64,000 nucleotides of DNA from Eledone cirrhosa (lineage: Eukaryota): contig CAXHJY010001273.1 in the NCBI GenBank assembly GCA_964016885.1, forward strand, positions 125,206-189,205, in the 5' to 3' direction. Below the pieces are notes generated by a model that saw only the letters and a program-made list of their open reading frames with translations, did not search any database and was not told the origin of the DNA. This document shows, in pieces, positions 25,031-38,526 of the stretch. Position 1 is the first letter of the stretch, and each line of letters starts with the position of its first letter. Both the position numbers and the translations under genes were made by a program.

Positions 25031-25137
25031 ATCAGTTATTCAAGTGAAGAGATCATTATACATTTTTTCTACTTCTGTACTTCTGCCTGATAGCTTCGAG
25101 GTACAGAGCAGAGATAGGTACAGAGTGGAGAAAGATA

Positions 25138-25178
25138 CATATATATATATATATATATAGCCGTGTATATATATATAC

Positions 25179-25254
<76 letters not shown>

Positions 25255-25272
25255 CCGTGTATATATATATAC

Positions 25273-25311
<39 letters not shown>

Positions 25312-25317
25312 CGTGTA

Positions 25318-25359
<42 letters not shown>

Positions 25360-25365
25360 CGTGTA

Positions 25366-25411
<46 letters not shown>

Positions 25412-25494
25412 CAGAGAAATATCGAGGGAGAAAGAGAAAGTAAGAGGGAGGGGAAGAAGAGAGAGAGAGAGGGAGTGAGAGAGAGAGATAGAGA

Positions 25495-25554
<60 letters not shown>

Positions 25555-25568
25555 GAGAGAGAGAGAGG
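25138..25568. repeat. (TA)n with alternating GCCGTG/CACGG spacers, followed by (GA)n
   Basis: Direct reading. Confidence 0.9.
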
Positions 25569-25685
25569 AAGTTGTGGGACAGGAAAAAGAAAAGCGTTTC
25601 TTTTAGTGAAATTCCGTTTGAAAATGGCCGTTAAAAAAGTAAAAATGTTTATTTTCAGTCGATCAACCACCACCTACTCTACTAG

Positions 25686-25725
25686 AAGCACCAGCACCAC
25701 TACCAGCAGCACCACCACCATCACC

Positions 25726-25756
<31 letters not shown>

Positions 25757-25854
25757 CCAGCATCACCACCACCACCACCACCACCACCACCACCACCACC
25801 ACCAGCATCACCACCACCACCACCACCAACACCACCACCACCATCACCACCAGC

Positions 25855-25887
<33 letters not shown>

Positions 25888-26295
25888 ACCACCACCACCA
25901 CCACCACCACCACCACCACCACCACCACCAGCATCACCACCACCACCACCACCACCACCACCACCACCACCAGCATCACCACCAGCACCAGCACCAACAC
26001 CACCACCACCATCACCACCAGCACCAGCACCACCACCACCACCACCACCAGCATCACCACCACCACCACCACCACCACCACCACCACCACCACCACCAGC
26101 ATCACCACCACCACCACCACCAACACCACCACCACCATCACCACCAGCACCAGCACCACCACCACCACCACCACCAGCATCACCACCACCACCACCACCA
26201 CCACCAGCATCACCACCACCACCACCACCAACACCACCACCACCAGCATCACCACCACCACCACCACCAACACCACCACCACCATCACCACCAGC

Positions 26296-26328
<33 letters not shown>

Positions 26329-26331
26329 ACC

Positions 26332-26362
<31 letters not shown>

Positions 26363-26391
26363 GCATCACCACCACCACCACCACCATCACC

Positions 26392-26422
<31 letters not shown>

Positions 26423-26673
26423 GCATCACCACCACCACCACCACCACCACCACCACCACCAGCATCACCACCACCACCAACACCACCACCACCAGCACCA
26501 CCATCACCACCACCACCATGATCAACCCCACTCTCGCTAACATCACCCCAACCCTACCACTATCATTGCTATCATCACCTTCATCTCCATCATTATCACC
26601 ACAGCAAACAGTAGCGAGTACTACTACTACAACCACCACTACTACCACTATCACCACAACCAACAGTACCTAC

Positions 26674-26706
<33 letters not shown>

Positions 26707-26745
26707 AACCACCACTACTACCACTATCACTACAGCCAACAGTAC

Positions 26746-26803
<58 letters not shown>

Positions 26804-26842
26804 AACCACCACTACTACCACTATCGCCACAGCCAACAGTAC

Positions 26843-26915
<73 letters not shown>

Positions 26916-26920
26916 CACTA
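25686..26920. repeat. (ACC)n and (ACT)n microsatellites
   Basis: Direct reading. The poly-Thr and poly-Val ORFs are artefacts. Confidence 0.95.
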
Positions 26921-27672
26921 GCTGCAGTATATACATATTATGAAAAGCCAAGGATTCTTGCATCATAAAAATGAGTTTCATGGTAGCGATTGTACAAACG
27001 ATTGACTCATGCAAGCCGGCTGATAATATAGGAGAAAAATATTCGTTTAATACGTCGAAATCGATATATGACTAGTTACTGAGATTTGATTGGTTGATGG
27101 GAAATCTTAGGAAATGCATCAAACATTTCATCGATTCAATTGTCAAGCGCAAAACAGAGTATCAGTATCACGTGTTTAAATCACACACACGTAAGTGTCT
27201 AAGGTGGTTATTGTTAATGCAGTTTTAGGGCTGTTGAATAAAGGAATGTTCATTTTTTAAATTTAAATTATATAGCCCTCTTTCAGAATATGGTAAATCA
27301 ATTATATTGGGAAATAAACTAATTTAGCTTGCTGATATTTGGAAATCCTTTACTATATAGGCTATGAAATTCCGAACTGTTATTAAATATTGAAAAAAAA
27401 AAAAAAAAAAAGTTTTAATAAAATGTTATATTTCTCCGAGAGATATAGATGACACGTACTGGAACTTGAATGTTAGCAGGCGCGTGTTCTATCATGAAGC
27501 AATAGAGTTTGTTTATAACATTTTTTTTTACAAAGATTTAACTTTATGAATATTATCCACAATAAAATATGAATATAAATATATCTTAGAACAGGATTTA
27601 TAAAATTCATACACTTTAAGGCATTGTAAAAAAAAAAAAAATACAAATAAAAATATAATACTGTTTGGTTGC

Positions 27673-27710
<38 letters not shown>

Positions 27711-27712
<2 letters not shown>

Positions 27713-30464
27713 GTACAGTATAAAATCAACAAGTGACATAGACATGCTGATAGAAATAATCAAACAAAAAGTGTCGGCCAAAGCTGCTCGTATAAGGCGC
27801 TTTGAAAAACGATCTAGATTCTATAAGGACAATAATATGTTCAAAAACAACCAAAGAAACTTCTACAGAAAAATTGGTAAGTCAACAATAACTGCTAAAT
27901 CAATACCACCCAAGGAGGAAGTGCAATAATTCTGGGAAAAGATCTGGGCCGAAGAAAAAGTTCATAACATACATGCCCCATGGATAGACAGACAAATGAA
28001 AGATAGAGCTCACCTTGAGGAACAAATATGGGAAAATATAACAGTTGAACAGTTGCGCTTGGCTCTAAGAAAAACCAGCAAATGGAAATCCCCAGGAAAA
28101 GACAAAATACAAAACTTTTGGATAAATGCCTTCACAGAGTCTCATGAGCTGTTAGCCCAACTTTACAATGAAATAGTTAAGGAGCCAGAAAAGATACCAT
28201 CATGGCTAGTTAACGGCATTACATTCCTGCTTCCGAAGAATGATGAGACAAACAATCCCAAAAATTACAGACCGATAACTTGCTTGACCACAATGTATAA
28301 AATTTTAACATCAGTTCTAACTGAATACACATATGACCACCTGATAACAAATGACCTATTTCCCATTGAGCAGAAAGGGTGTAAACGAGGCTCATATGGC
28401 TGTAAGGATCAGCTTCTGGTTAACAAAATGATACTGGAAGATTGTCATAATAGACACAAAAATCTATCGATTGCTTGGATAGATTATATAAAAGCATTCG
28501 ATAGTTTGCCACACAGTTGGATTGAAACATGTTTAGAGATTTTCAAAATATCCCCCGTTGTCAGGAGGTTTTTGTCATTCAGTATGAAGACATGGAAAAC
28601 GACACTCCTTTTGAATAGTGAAACAAAATCACTGGAAGCTGGAGAAGTTAATATTAATTGTGGAATTTTTCAGGGTGACTCTTTATCACCGCTTTTATTC
28701 TGCATCGCACTTATACCATTAAGTAAAATGCTCAATGAAACAAAACATGGATATAAAGTCTATGACAAAACCATTAATCACTTGTTCTACATGGATGACC
28801 TGAAACTATTTGCAAAAAATGATGAACAACTGTGGAGCAGTTCAGTGATGACATTAAAATGGAGTTTGGACTAGACAAATGCGCCAAAGCAACGTTCACC
28901 AGAGGAAAGCTGCTGAAGAGTTCAGACATTAATCTTGATCGGGGGAACGTGATAAGAGAACTTGATCAAGAAAAAACTTACAAATATCTAGGTGTTTGTG
29001 AAGGAGACGGAATCAAGCACTCGGCAATGAGGGAAAGGATAAGGAAGGAATGTTACCGCAGAGTAAGAGCAATCTTAAGAACGGAATTGAATGCAAGGAA
29101 TAGGATCGATGCCATAAACACGCTTGCCATACCAGTAGTAACCTACAGTTACAATGTCATCAACTGGTCAAGCACAGAGATCCGTAGGCTCGATACAAAA
29201 ATTCGAAAACTCTTAACCATGCACAGAATGCATCACCCTAAGGCAGATATAGATAGAATATATCTCCCTAGGAAAGAAGGAGGACGTGGGTTAATCCAGT
29301 TAGACATTGCGTTGAAAACTGCAACAATTGGATTATCTACATATCTAAGGGAATCACATGATTGGATGATCAAACTCGTTTTGAAACACGAAAGCATCAA
29401 AAGATCATATTCCATTACAAAAGATGCACAAAGATACAGTAATGGACTACAAATTTCAGAAGTCCCATTTACTGCTGAAATGGAAAACACAGAAAAAGCA
29501 AAGCAGGTAAAAGTAACTGCAAAGAAAGAACTGCTACAGAAACTGGCTAAGAAATGGCAAGAAAAGCCTCTGTATGGAAAATACCCAGAGCGAGCTAACA
29601 ATCCTGATGTTGACAAAACTTTAACCCATCAGTGGTTGGCATCCTCTGGACTGAAATCGGAGACTGAAGGACTGATTATATCAGCACAAGATCAGTGTCT
29701 GCCAACAAAAAATTACCAAGCCAACATAATAAAAAATGGATGCAGCCCATTATGCCGTGTATGCAAAAAACAACCAGAGACCATTGACCATATAATTTCA
29801 ATGTGCAGTCCTATAGCTCCAACCGAATACCTAAACAGGCATGACAGAGCTGCACAATACATACATTGGATAATGTGTAAGCATTTTGACCTGCCCCATC
29901 AAAAGAATTGGTGGGAGCATCAACCACCTCCCATACTTGAAAAATATCACATCTCAATCTTGTGGAACTTTAGAATCCAAACAGACCGAAAAATAGATGC
30001 AAATAGACCTGATATAATATTGAAGGACTTCAAAAAGAGGGTATGCCTGCTAATTGATATGTCTGTTCCAATAGACAAGAATGTATCTATAAAAACATTT
30101 GAAAAATTGAGCAAGTATAAGGACCTGGAGATAGAAATTGGAAAAATGTGGAAATTGAGAACTAAAACAATACCAGTGGTTGTAGGTGCTCTGGGAATGA
30201 TACCTAAGGGGTCTAATGATTACTTATCGCAAATCCCAGGAAACCCGCGTATAGGAGAAATACAAAAGATAGTACTAATGAGAACTGCCCATATACTAAG
30301 GAAGATTCTGTCAATATAAGTACATCACAAGTCTAAAAACTAAAGATGCATGTGTGAGTATGTATGTTCTTTCTTGAACATGGCGGACCTTGTTGTCTCT
30401 TGAGGTCACTGGTTGTGACTTGGTGATAACTCGTATGAACATAAAGCAAGATAAATGCAACTGT
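27711..30464 (+). mobile_element. 5'-truncated R4-clade (Dong-like) non-LTR retrotransposon in (TAA)n
   Basis: RT plus CCHC plus restriction-like endonuclease. (TAA)n on both flanks (27674-27710, 30464-30481). Dong elements are known to target TAA repeats. Confidence 0.88.
27744..30319 (+). pseudogene. RT + zinc knuckle + restriction-like endonuclease ORF, with stop at 27927-27929 and frameshift near 28830
   Basis: Motifs: WKSPGKD, NYRPITCL, AWIDYIKAFDS, GIFQGDSLSPLLF, HLFYMDDLKL, YKYLGV, CRVC...ETIDHIISMC, RHD, NRPDII...IDMSVP, EKLSKYKDL. Confidence 0.92.
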
Positions 30465-30739
30465 AATAATAATAATAATAAAACAGAAGATGGTGAACAA
30501 GAAAGAAAAAAGACAGAAAAATGACAGAAGTAATTTTTTTTGTATAAATTTGTCATCGTGGAAAATATTGGGGAGTTGTTGTGTGGCGTGCATTAATTTA
30601 TTTGTTTATTTTTAGTGCTTTCTGTTGTTCGTTTCTATGGTAACTGTTACTACAACAACCGTTCTGATGTCGACAGTTTCTGTGACGTTGATGTATGGAT
30701 GTTATTCCCTACATACATCATGAACTAGCTGCAAAAACT

Positions 30740-31040
30740 GGCTCTCCGTCGGTTACGACGATGAGTGTTCCAGTTGATATGATCAACGGAACAGCCTGCT
30801 CGTGAAATTAACGTGCAGAGGCTGAGTATTCCATAGATATGTGCATCCTTAACGTAGTTCTCAGGGAGATTCAGTGTGGCACAGAATGTGACAAAGCTGG
30901 CCCTTCGAATTACAGGTACAACTCCTTTTTTCCAGCTGAGTAAACTGGAGCAACGTGAAATAAATTATCCTGCTGAAGGACATAACGCATCGCTGGGAAT
31001 CGAACTCATAAGCATAAGATCGCGAGCAGAATATTTTACC
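30740..31040 (-). mobile_element. SINE (second family)
   Basis: tRNA-like head on the minus strand (gagttcgattccc at ~30995-31007) and a body I recognise from octopus repeats (ctctccgtcggttacgacga...gatcaacggaacagcctgctcgtgaaattaacgtgc). Confidence 0.7.
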
Positions 31041-31132
31041 CAGTGGTTCCCAAACCGTGCGCCACTGGGCGATGATATGCAAATACTAAGATTTAGTTTT
31101 AAGATGTGAAATTCGTATAAAGGTTGATAAGA

Positions 31133-32368
31133 TAGCTATAGAGAAGATAGCAACAGTAAGTAGAGTTATACAAACAGCTATTACAACAATACAGCTATAG
31201 AGAAGATAGCAACAGCATCAATATACATAGCAACAGTAAGTAGAGTTATACAAACAGCTATTACAACATTAAATACAGCTATAGAGAAGATAGCAACAGC
31301 ATCAATATACATAGCAACAGTAAGTAGAGTTATACAAACAGCTATTACAACAATACAGCTATAGAGAAGATAGCAACAGCATCAATATACATAGCAACAG
31401 TAAGTAGAGTTATACAAACAGCTATTACAACATTAAATACAGCTATAGAGAAGATAGCAACCGCATCAATATACATAGCAACAGTAAGTAGAGTTATACA
31501 AACAGCTATTACAACAATACAGCTATAGAGAAGATAGCAACAGCATCAATATACATAGCAACAGTAAGTAGAGTTATACAAACAGCTATTACAACAATAC
31601 AGCTATAGAGAAGATAGCAACAGCATCAATATACATAGCAACAGTAAGTAGAGTTATACAAACAGCTATTACAACAATACAGCTATAGAGAAGATAGCAA
31701 CAGCATCAATATACATAGCAACAGTAAGTAGAGTTATACAAACAGCTATTACAACAATACAGCTATAGAGAAGATGGCAACAGCATCAATATACATAGCA
31801 ACAGTAAGTAGAGTTATACAAACAGCTATTACAACATTAAATACAGCTATAGAGAAGATGGCAACAGCATCAATATACATAGCAACAGTAAGTAGAGTTA
31901 TACAAACAGCTATTACAACATTAAATACAGCTATAGAGAAGATAGCAACAGCATCAATATACATAGCAACAGTAAGTAGAGTTATAGAAACAGCTATTAC
32001 AACATTAAATACAGCTATAGAGAAGATGGCAACAGCATCAATATACATTGCAACAGTAAGTAGAGTTATACAAACAGCTATTACAACATTAAATACAGCT
32101 ATAGAGAAGATAGCAACAGCATCAATATACATAGCAACAGTAAGTAGAGTTATACAAACAGCTATTACAACATTAAATACAGCTATAGAGAAGATGGAAA
32201 CAGCATCAATATACATAGCAACAGTAAGTAGAGTTATACAAACAGCTATTACAACATTAAATACAGCTATAGAGAAGATAGCAACAGCATCAATATACAT
32301 AGCAACAGTAAGTAGAGTTATACAAACAGCTATTACAACAATACAGCTATAGAGAAGATGGCAACAGA
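31133..32368. repeat. Minisatellite of 80- and 84-bp units (~15 copies)
   Basis: Unit agctatagagaagatagcaacagcatcaatatacatagcaacagtaagtagagttatacaaacagctattacaaca(ttaa)atac. Confidence 0.95.
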
Positions 32369-32794
32369 ACCTATAGCTGTCAAAGTGGCGAACAAGTAAA
32401 GTTTAGTAACAAGATGCGAGAATGCTTTTGCGGTCTTGTCCTCGGGGCGCAACCCCTCTACCGCTGCGCCCTAGGCCCAGAGCCCAACCATCCTCCCCAT
32501 TCTTCTGTGACACTAGATTCCTTGCCATTCTCTCCTTCCCGTTTTTTCTTTTTCTTTTTTTTTTTTTCTTTTTTGTTCTTCTTTATATTTTCTTATGTTA
32601 CATTCCATTCTTCTCAATTTAAATTTTCTTTTTCTATTAAACTGTATTTACATGATATATTCCATTAATTTATTAATTTCCATCTGTAAACTTTGTTAAG
32701 AATGAGAGGTGGTTTGTTTGAATACATTTTCAAATTTATGGTACAAAGTGAGCCAGCATATTTTTACTTTTTCAAAAATGCGCCGTGAGTAAAA

Positions 32795-33910
32795 AAGGTT
32801 TTGCAGAATCGTTGAAGTTCCGTCTCTTTGCGTTTTGTTTTAAAATACCACTGGTCAAATCCTATGGAGGTCAAATTTGCCTTTCATTCTTGCGGCGAGG
32901 CAGAGACTTCATAAATAAAGTACCAGTCATGTACTGGGCCGATGTATTAAATCGTTTCCTTTCAGTTTAAAATTGCTGGCCTTGTGCCTAAATTAGAAAC
33001 CGTTGTTATGAGTTCAAATCCTGTGATGGTCGAATTTGCCTTTCATCTTTGTGGCGGGTGGAATGGGAGTGGCTTGATAAATAAAGTACCAGTCAAGTAC
33101 TGGGATCGATATAATCAACCGTTTCCCACTAATTCGAACATTACTGGTCTTGTGTCTAAATTATAAATCGCTGTTATAAGTTCAGATCCATGCCGAGGTC
33201 AAATTTGCCATTCATTATTCCGGGGGTCGATAAAATAAAGTAAAATAAAGTAAAATATAACAGAATACCAGTTTACTACTGAGGTCCATGTAATCATCTG
33301 TTCCCCCTCCTCACCCCCAAATTGTTGGCTTTGTGTCTAAATTAGAAACCACTTGTATTATTGCTAGCTTTGGTCTTTAGGACGGAGGATTGGCAGAATC
33401 GGTAGAGCGTCGGACACCATGCTTTGCAGAATAGAGTTCTGGCTCTTTACTTTCCGAGTTCAAATCCCGCCGAGGTTAGCTTTCTCTTTCATCTAAAAGG
33501 GGTCGATAAAATAAAGTACCAGTAACACTCTGGGTCGATTTAATCGACTTTCCACTTCACCCCAAAATGGCTGATCTGAATTAGAAACCATTATTATTAT
33601 CATTGCCTTTCATCCTTACGGGGTCGATAAAATAAAGTACCAGTAATACACTGGGTAATTGCTGGCCTTGTGCCAAAAAGTAGAAACAATTATTATTATC
33701 ATTAATGCTTCTTAGGGCGGTGGATTGGCAGTATCGGTAGAACGTCGGACACCCTGCTTCTCGGCATAGAGTTACGGCCCTTTACGATCTGAGTTCAAAT
33801 CCCGCCGAGGTTAGCTTTGCCTTTCATCCTTACGGGGTCGATAAAATAAAGCACCAGTAATGCACTGGGGTAATTGCTGGCCTTGTGCCAAAAAGTAGAA
33901 ACAATTATTA
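32795..33910 (+). mobile_element. Head-to-tail cluster of ~6 full and partial tRNA-derived SINEs
   Basis: Repeated gagttcaaatcc...ttgcctttcat...ataaagtaccag...ggccttgtgcc...tagaaac modules. Best copies are 33383-33595 and 33715-33910. Confidence 0.8.
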
Positions 33911-34209
33911 TTGCTTTAGTTCTTTATAGTGTTTTCCAACTCTCGACATACAGAATATTCTCTTTGTAAAATGATTAGATGTAATTGGTAAAATACAGAT
34001 CAACAAGTCTCACGAGAACATTCGAGAACAACTTAAAATGGCATTCAGATATGAAGAGGTTCTAGACTTTTTGGTTATTTTTTAGTTTTGTTAGTGTTTT
34101 CTTTTTATTCTTTTTCGATGAGAAATCGATAATTGAAAAGTGGAAGACTTGAGCTACGCCGTTCATTTCTGGTTCAACTGTATATCCCAGGTAGTTAATA
34201 CATTCTGTA

Positions 34210-34240
34210 TATATGTGTATACATAGATATATACATACAT

Positions 34241-34278
<38 letters not shown>

Positions 34279-34507
34279 TCACACATATATACACATACAT
34301 ATATATATATATATACACACATGCATGTATACATACATATGTACATATACATATACATACATACATATACACATACATATATACATATACACTTACATAT
34401 ATACATATACACATGCATTTATACAAAAAAATAAATATATATATATATATTTATACAACTAATCACACATACAAACACACACGCACACACACACGCACAC
34501 ACACACG

Positions 34508-34561
<54 letters not shown>

Positions 34562-34700
34562 TATATACATGTATACATGCATACGAACATAGTTATATAC
34601 ATATATAAATATATGCATACATATATACATACATATACGCACTGGCATATGCGCACATAACCATACACGTTGATACCTATACATAGTCACACATATGATC
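34210..34700. repeat. (CA)/(TA) compound microsatellite
   Basis: Direct reading. Confidence 0.9.
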
Positions 34701-34998
34701 GCATGGTTTTGATGTATGTATGCGTGTTTGTGTGTGTGTATATATATATATTATATATTATGGAATACTGTTGGCTTTTTGCTACAATATTTTCTATACC
34801 TTTCATTTATATATATATATATTATATATATATATAACATATAAATTCACAAAAACGATGAAGTATAGTTTACATATATTTTTTTTTTATTGTTTATCGA
34901 TTTGTTTCGTGCGTTTCGCCGAGGGTTGGCTCAGGGTCACCGATAGAGGTTATGGACCCGACTCCATTATCGATCTGCTCTTCAATCTGATGATCCGA

Positions 34999-35034
<36 letters not shown>

Positions 35035-35058
35035 AATTTTTATTCTATTATATATATA

Positions 35059-35556
35059 CTAGCCGAATTACTCGCGCCTTGCTACGTTTCACACATTCTT
35101 TTTTGTAAGAAAATGATGATTGATTTTAAATCAGTGATATAATTGATGGAGAAAAACTCTGAATTTCAATATTACTCAATGTAAAATGTAATGCATGAAA
35201 AATTGGAAAACATTATTTTTTGTAATATATCAAATCAAAATTATATTAAATCTTATTCTTATATTGTTTCTTGTAAATAATTTTTTTTCAAAATATCAAT
35301 TCAAATCTTTTGTGAATAGGCATCATATCTTGTCATTTACCTATGGTTTAAATAAATCGAAGGGAAAAAGTTTTCAGCGCAGGTTTGTGCCATCCCCCGG
35401 GGAACCCTTTGATTAAAATGAAATGTACTTATCCAAGTACCCTGGGTAATGTAGTTCCAGAACATATATGGTTATGGGGGTCTATCTCTAAAACCATAGG
35501 AGGAGTTCATGAACAAAGAAACAAAGAAACAGGAACTACAACTTTATATATATAGA
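35059..35556 (-). mobile_element. Non-autonomous Helitron
   Basis: Minus strand starts A|TCTATATATATAAAGT and ends cgtagcaaggcgcgagtaattcggCTAG|T. The subterminal hairpin is weak. Confidence 0.6.
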
Positions 35557-35689
35557 TGTGTGTTTGTGTGTGTGATTAGTTGACTAATGGACCATTCGGA
35601 AATTTGAAAATTTAGTCACCACAATACAGATAACTATAATAATAATTGAAGAAACTGTGTTAAGTATCCCTGGGGATGGAAAAAAAACA

Positions 35690-35900
35690 ACAACATTCCC
35701 AGAGACGTCTGCACGGAATCGAACGACGCATATCTCGTAGGTCGGACGTCAGCCTATGTTTCGTCTACGAAATTCCTCACAATAGATTGATGAACCAGAG
35801 GCTATGGTAGAAGACCTTGGCCCAAGAGGCCGCACTGTGGGATTGAATCAGGCCTAGGACCAGGAACCACGTGGTTGCTACGTCAACCTTCTAACCAACT
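35690..35900 (-). mobile_element. Degenerate SINE fragments
   Basis: ctatggtagaagaccttggcccaag...tgggattgaatc...ggaaccacgtggttg, a tRNA-like head in antisense. Confidence 0.5.
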
Positions 35901-36354
35901 AAAAATTAAGAAAGAAAATCAAACACGCTCGCATCACACATAACTCACATACACATTCATATACACACATACACACACACACCACATATACACACATAAA
36001 ACACGGAAACACACCATACACACATACCACACATACATATACACATATACACATATCGCACATAACATACACAAGCAAACACACAACACATACAAAAAAA
36101 AAAAGAGGAGAATCAAAACTAAAACTCGAGTAAGGGATTGTTCACCAACATTATCACGATCTCTGGTAAACTGGACAGACAGACCGATAGACAGACAGAC
36201 AGACACATAGACATATAGATGGGTGGGTGGGGGTGGGGGGAGATCATGGATAGAGAGATACAGAGATAGATTGGGTAGGTGGGAAGATAGACAGAAAGAT
36301 AGATGTATAGATAAATAAATAGATGGTTGGCTGGCTGGCTGGATAATATATACA

Positions 36355-37190
36355 TTTCTTTAGTAGCCACAATGGCACAAAAGAAGGGGACAAATACAAA
36401 TGGGGAGTTTACATACAGGTATATGAAGATAAAACTATTAATAAAATAAATAACAATTGATATCCCCAATAGGGGGGATGCGTTACAAAGAGTTTGTACA
36501 CACCCCGAAAAAATGTACAACCCTCATCTCCAGGAGCACCAAGAGTGAGTACTCAATTCCTCTCTTCCTCTTTTTCCTCAACCTACAGGCTTATATAGAG
36601 AGAAGGCCCAACCACTCGGGCCATCTTTGCCACATTCACCCACCTTTTATAAAATTTGCTGGGGTACAGCACCTCTCTCTCCCTCCTGATTCTTCTTCCA
36701 AAATGATATTTGAAAAAACGAATCAGTTGTTCGCCGGAGAGAAAGGTGTCTGACCTCAGCCCTTTTAACCTCGTCCACCATATAACCTCTTTCACCATAG
36801 CCATAACACATAGGAAAACAGCTTCTCCCTCGTTTTTGAAGGAGGGTGGCGGTTTGATCATGACAATGGACTCGGTGGTCAACTGGATTGGTCCCACCCG
36901 CGACAATAGTCGTTCTACATAGCCCCACAGGTCGGTAACACCCGGGCAGTGTACAAATGCGTGCGCGACGGTTTCCTCGTCGCGCACGCATCTCGGGCAG
37001 ATCTTTTTCGAAGGGTCCCTACCCGGGCGCCCGTGTCTGTAAAGCTTGTCTCGAACTGGTAGAGCTCCTCGGTAGCATTGCCAGGCCAGGGATTTTTGGA
37101 AGTTGTCCATTGGTCCCGGGCGGAAGGTCCTACCGAACAGACTGGCCAGTTCGTCCTCCTCTACGCGTAGAGTTTCTCCGAGCGTGTCGG
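36355..37190 (-). mobile_element. 5'-truncated Tx1-like copy (ORF2 C-terminus + 3' UTR)
   Basis: ORF 36583-37190 is clearly homologous to 273-880 (GPMDNFQKSLAWQCYRGALPVRDK...LYISL). GATA-rich flanks. Confidence 0.92.
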
Positions 37191-37280
37191 ATAATAGATA
37201 AGTACATAGACAGATACAGAAATAGCTAGTGATAGAAATAAATAGATTCAGATAGATAGATGGATATAGAGATAGATATG

Positions 37281-37636
37281 TTTCTTTATTAGCCACAGGG
37301 GCACAAAAGAAGGGGACAAATACAAAGGGGGAAGTTTAGATACAATAAAAACGTGTAAAATACTATCACAAATGTAATTTAAAAATTAATCGATTTTCCC
37401 CAATAGGAGGAGACATTACATATGGGTAACACATACCTCCGAAAAAAATGTGCAACCCTCATCTCCAGGAGTACGAAGAGTGAGTACCCCTTTCCTCTCT
37501 TCCTCTTTTTCCTCAACCCACAGGCTGATATAGAGAGAAGGCCCATTCACTCGGGCCATTCTCGCCACTTTCACCCACCTTTCATAAAACTTGCTGGGGT
37601 AGAGCACCTCTCTCTCCATCCTGATTCTTCTTCCAA
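37281..37636 (-). mobile_element. Short 5'-truncated Tx1-like copy
   Basis: EREVLYPSKFYERWVKVARMARV plus a 3' UTR ending AATAAAGAAA. GATA flanks on both sides. Confidence 0.9.
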
Positions 37637-38377
37637 GATATAGAGATAGATAGGTAGGTAGGTAGACATAGAGATAGATTTGTAGAGATAGATAGGTAGA
37701 TGGATAGATGGATATAGAGATAGATAGATAGACATAGAGATAGATTTGTAGAGATAGATAGGTAGATAGATAGATGGATGAATATATTGAACGATGGATA
37801 AATATATAGATAGATGTATGTGTGTATACATGGACAGATCAATAGATAGATAGATAGATAGAGAAAATAGAGTGGGAAACCAAGATAAAAATGAAAGATA
37901 AATTATTAAAAAAACTCACAGAAAAACACAACAAACGGAAAAAAAAATGATATTCTTTTCACAAAATGGTTTATGTAGTGAAAGATTTGGTGTGTGGGGG
38001 AGAGCGGATGATCGTGGGACTGGAAGTTCAATTTGGTGGAGATGTTGGTTGGCTTAGGTGGTGGTGGCTTGAAGCGGGATGTGAGTTCGATTTGGTAGAT
38101 AGGGTTAGGTGGGTGGTAAGCATGATGTGAGTTCGATTTGGTGGAAAGAGTTGGGCGGGCGATAAGTGATATGTGAGTTCGTTTCAGTTTGATTGCATTA
38201 ATTCAAATTGAATCTCTTTTTGAATTCATGGCTGAGAAGATACGTGACAATTGTATCCGGGTTCAAATCGTTCTGTTGGCCTCACATTTATGGAGATCTA
38301 ACAGGTTACTTTCAACTGTCAGAAAATCTTGCCAGTAAAGTCATCTCACCTGGCTGCTGAGGAAAATAATCTAACAG

Positions 38378-38526
38378 CTTCTTCTTCTTCTTCTTCTTCT
38401 TCTTCTTCTTCTTCTTCTTCTTCTTCTTCTTCTTCTTCTTCTTCTTCTTCTTCTTCTTCTTCTTCTTCTTCTTCTTCTTCTTCTTCTTCTTCTTCTTCTT
38501 CTTCTTCTTCTTCTTCTTCTTCTTCT
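38378..38526. repeat. Perfect (TTC)n
   Basis: Direct reading. Confidence 0.97.

Noticed and set aside
23284-26682. Poly-Met/Asp/His/Ser/Thr ORFs, including a mucin-like 358-aa ORF
   Set aside because: Trinucleotide repeats are open in several frames on both strands. No splice or domain support.
31749-32352. 183- and 192-aa repeat proteins
   Set aside because: Product of consecutive 84-bp units. The frame breaks at each 80-bp unit.
33715-33810. tRNA gene
   Set aside because: A and B boxes are present but there is no cloverleaf, and it continues into a SINE body repeated many times in the window.
34905-35000. Hammerhead-like TTGAAGA...GAAACgcacG on the minus strand
   Set aside because: No NUH triplet and no stem I pairing. 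At best a decayed relic.
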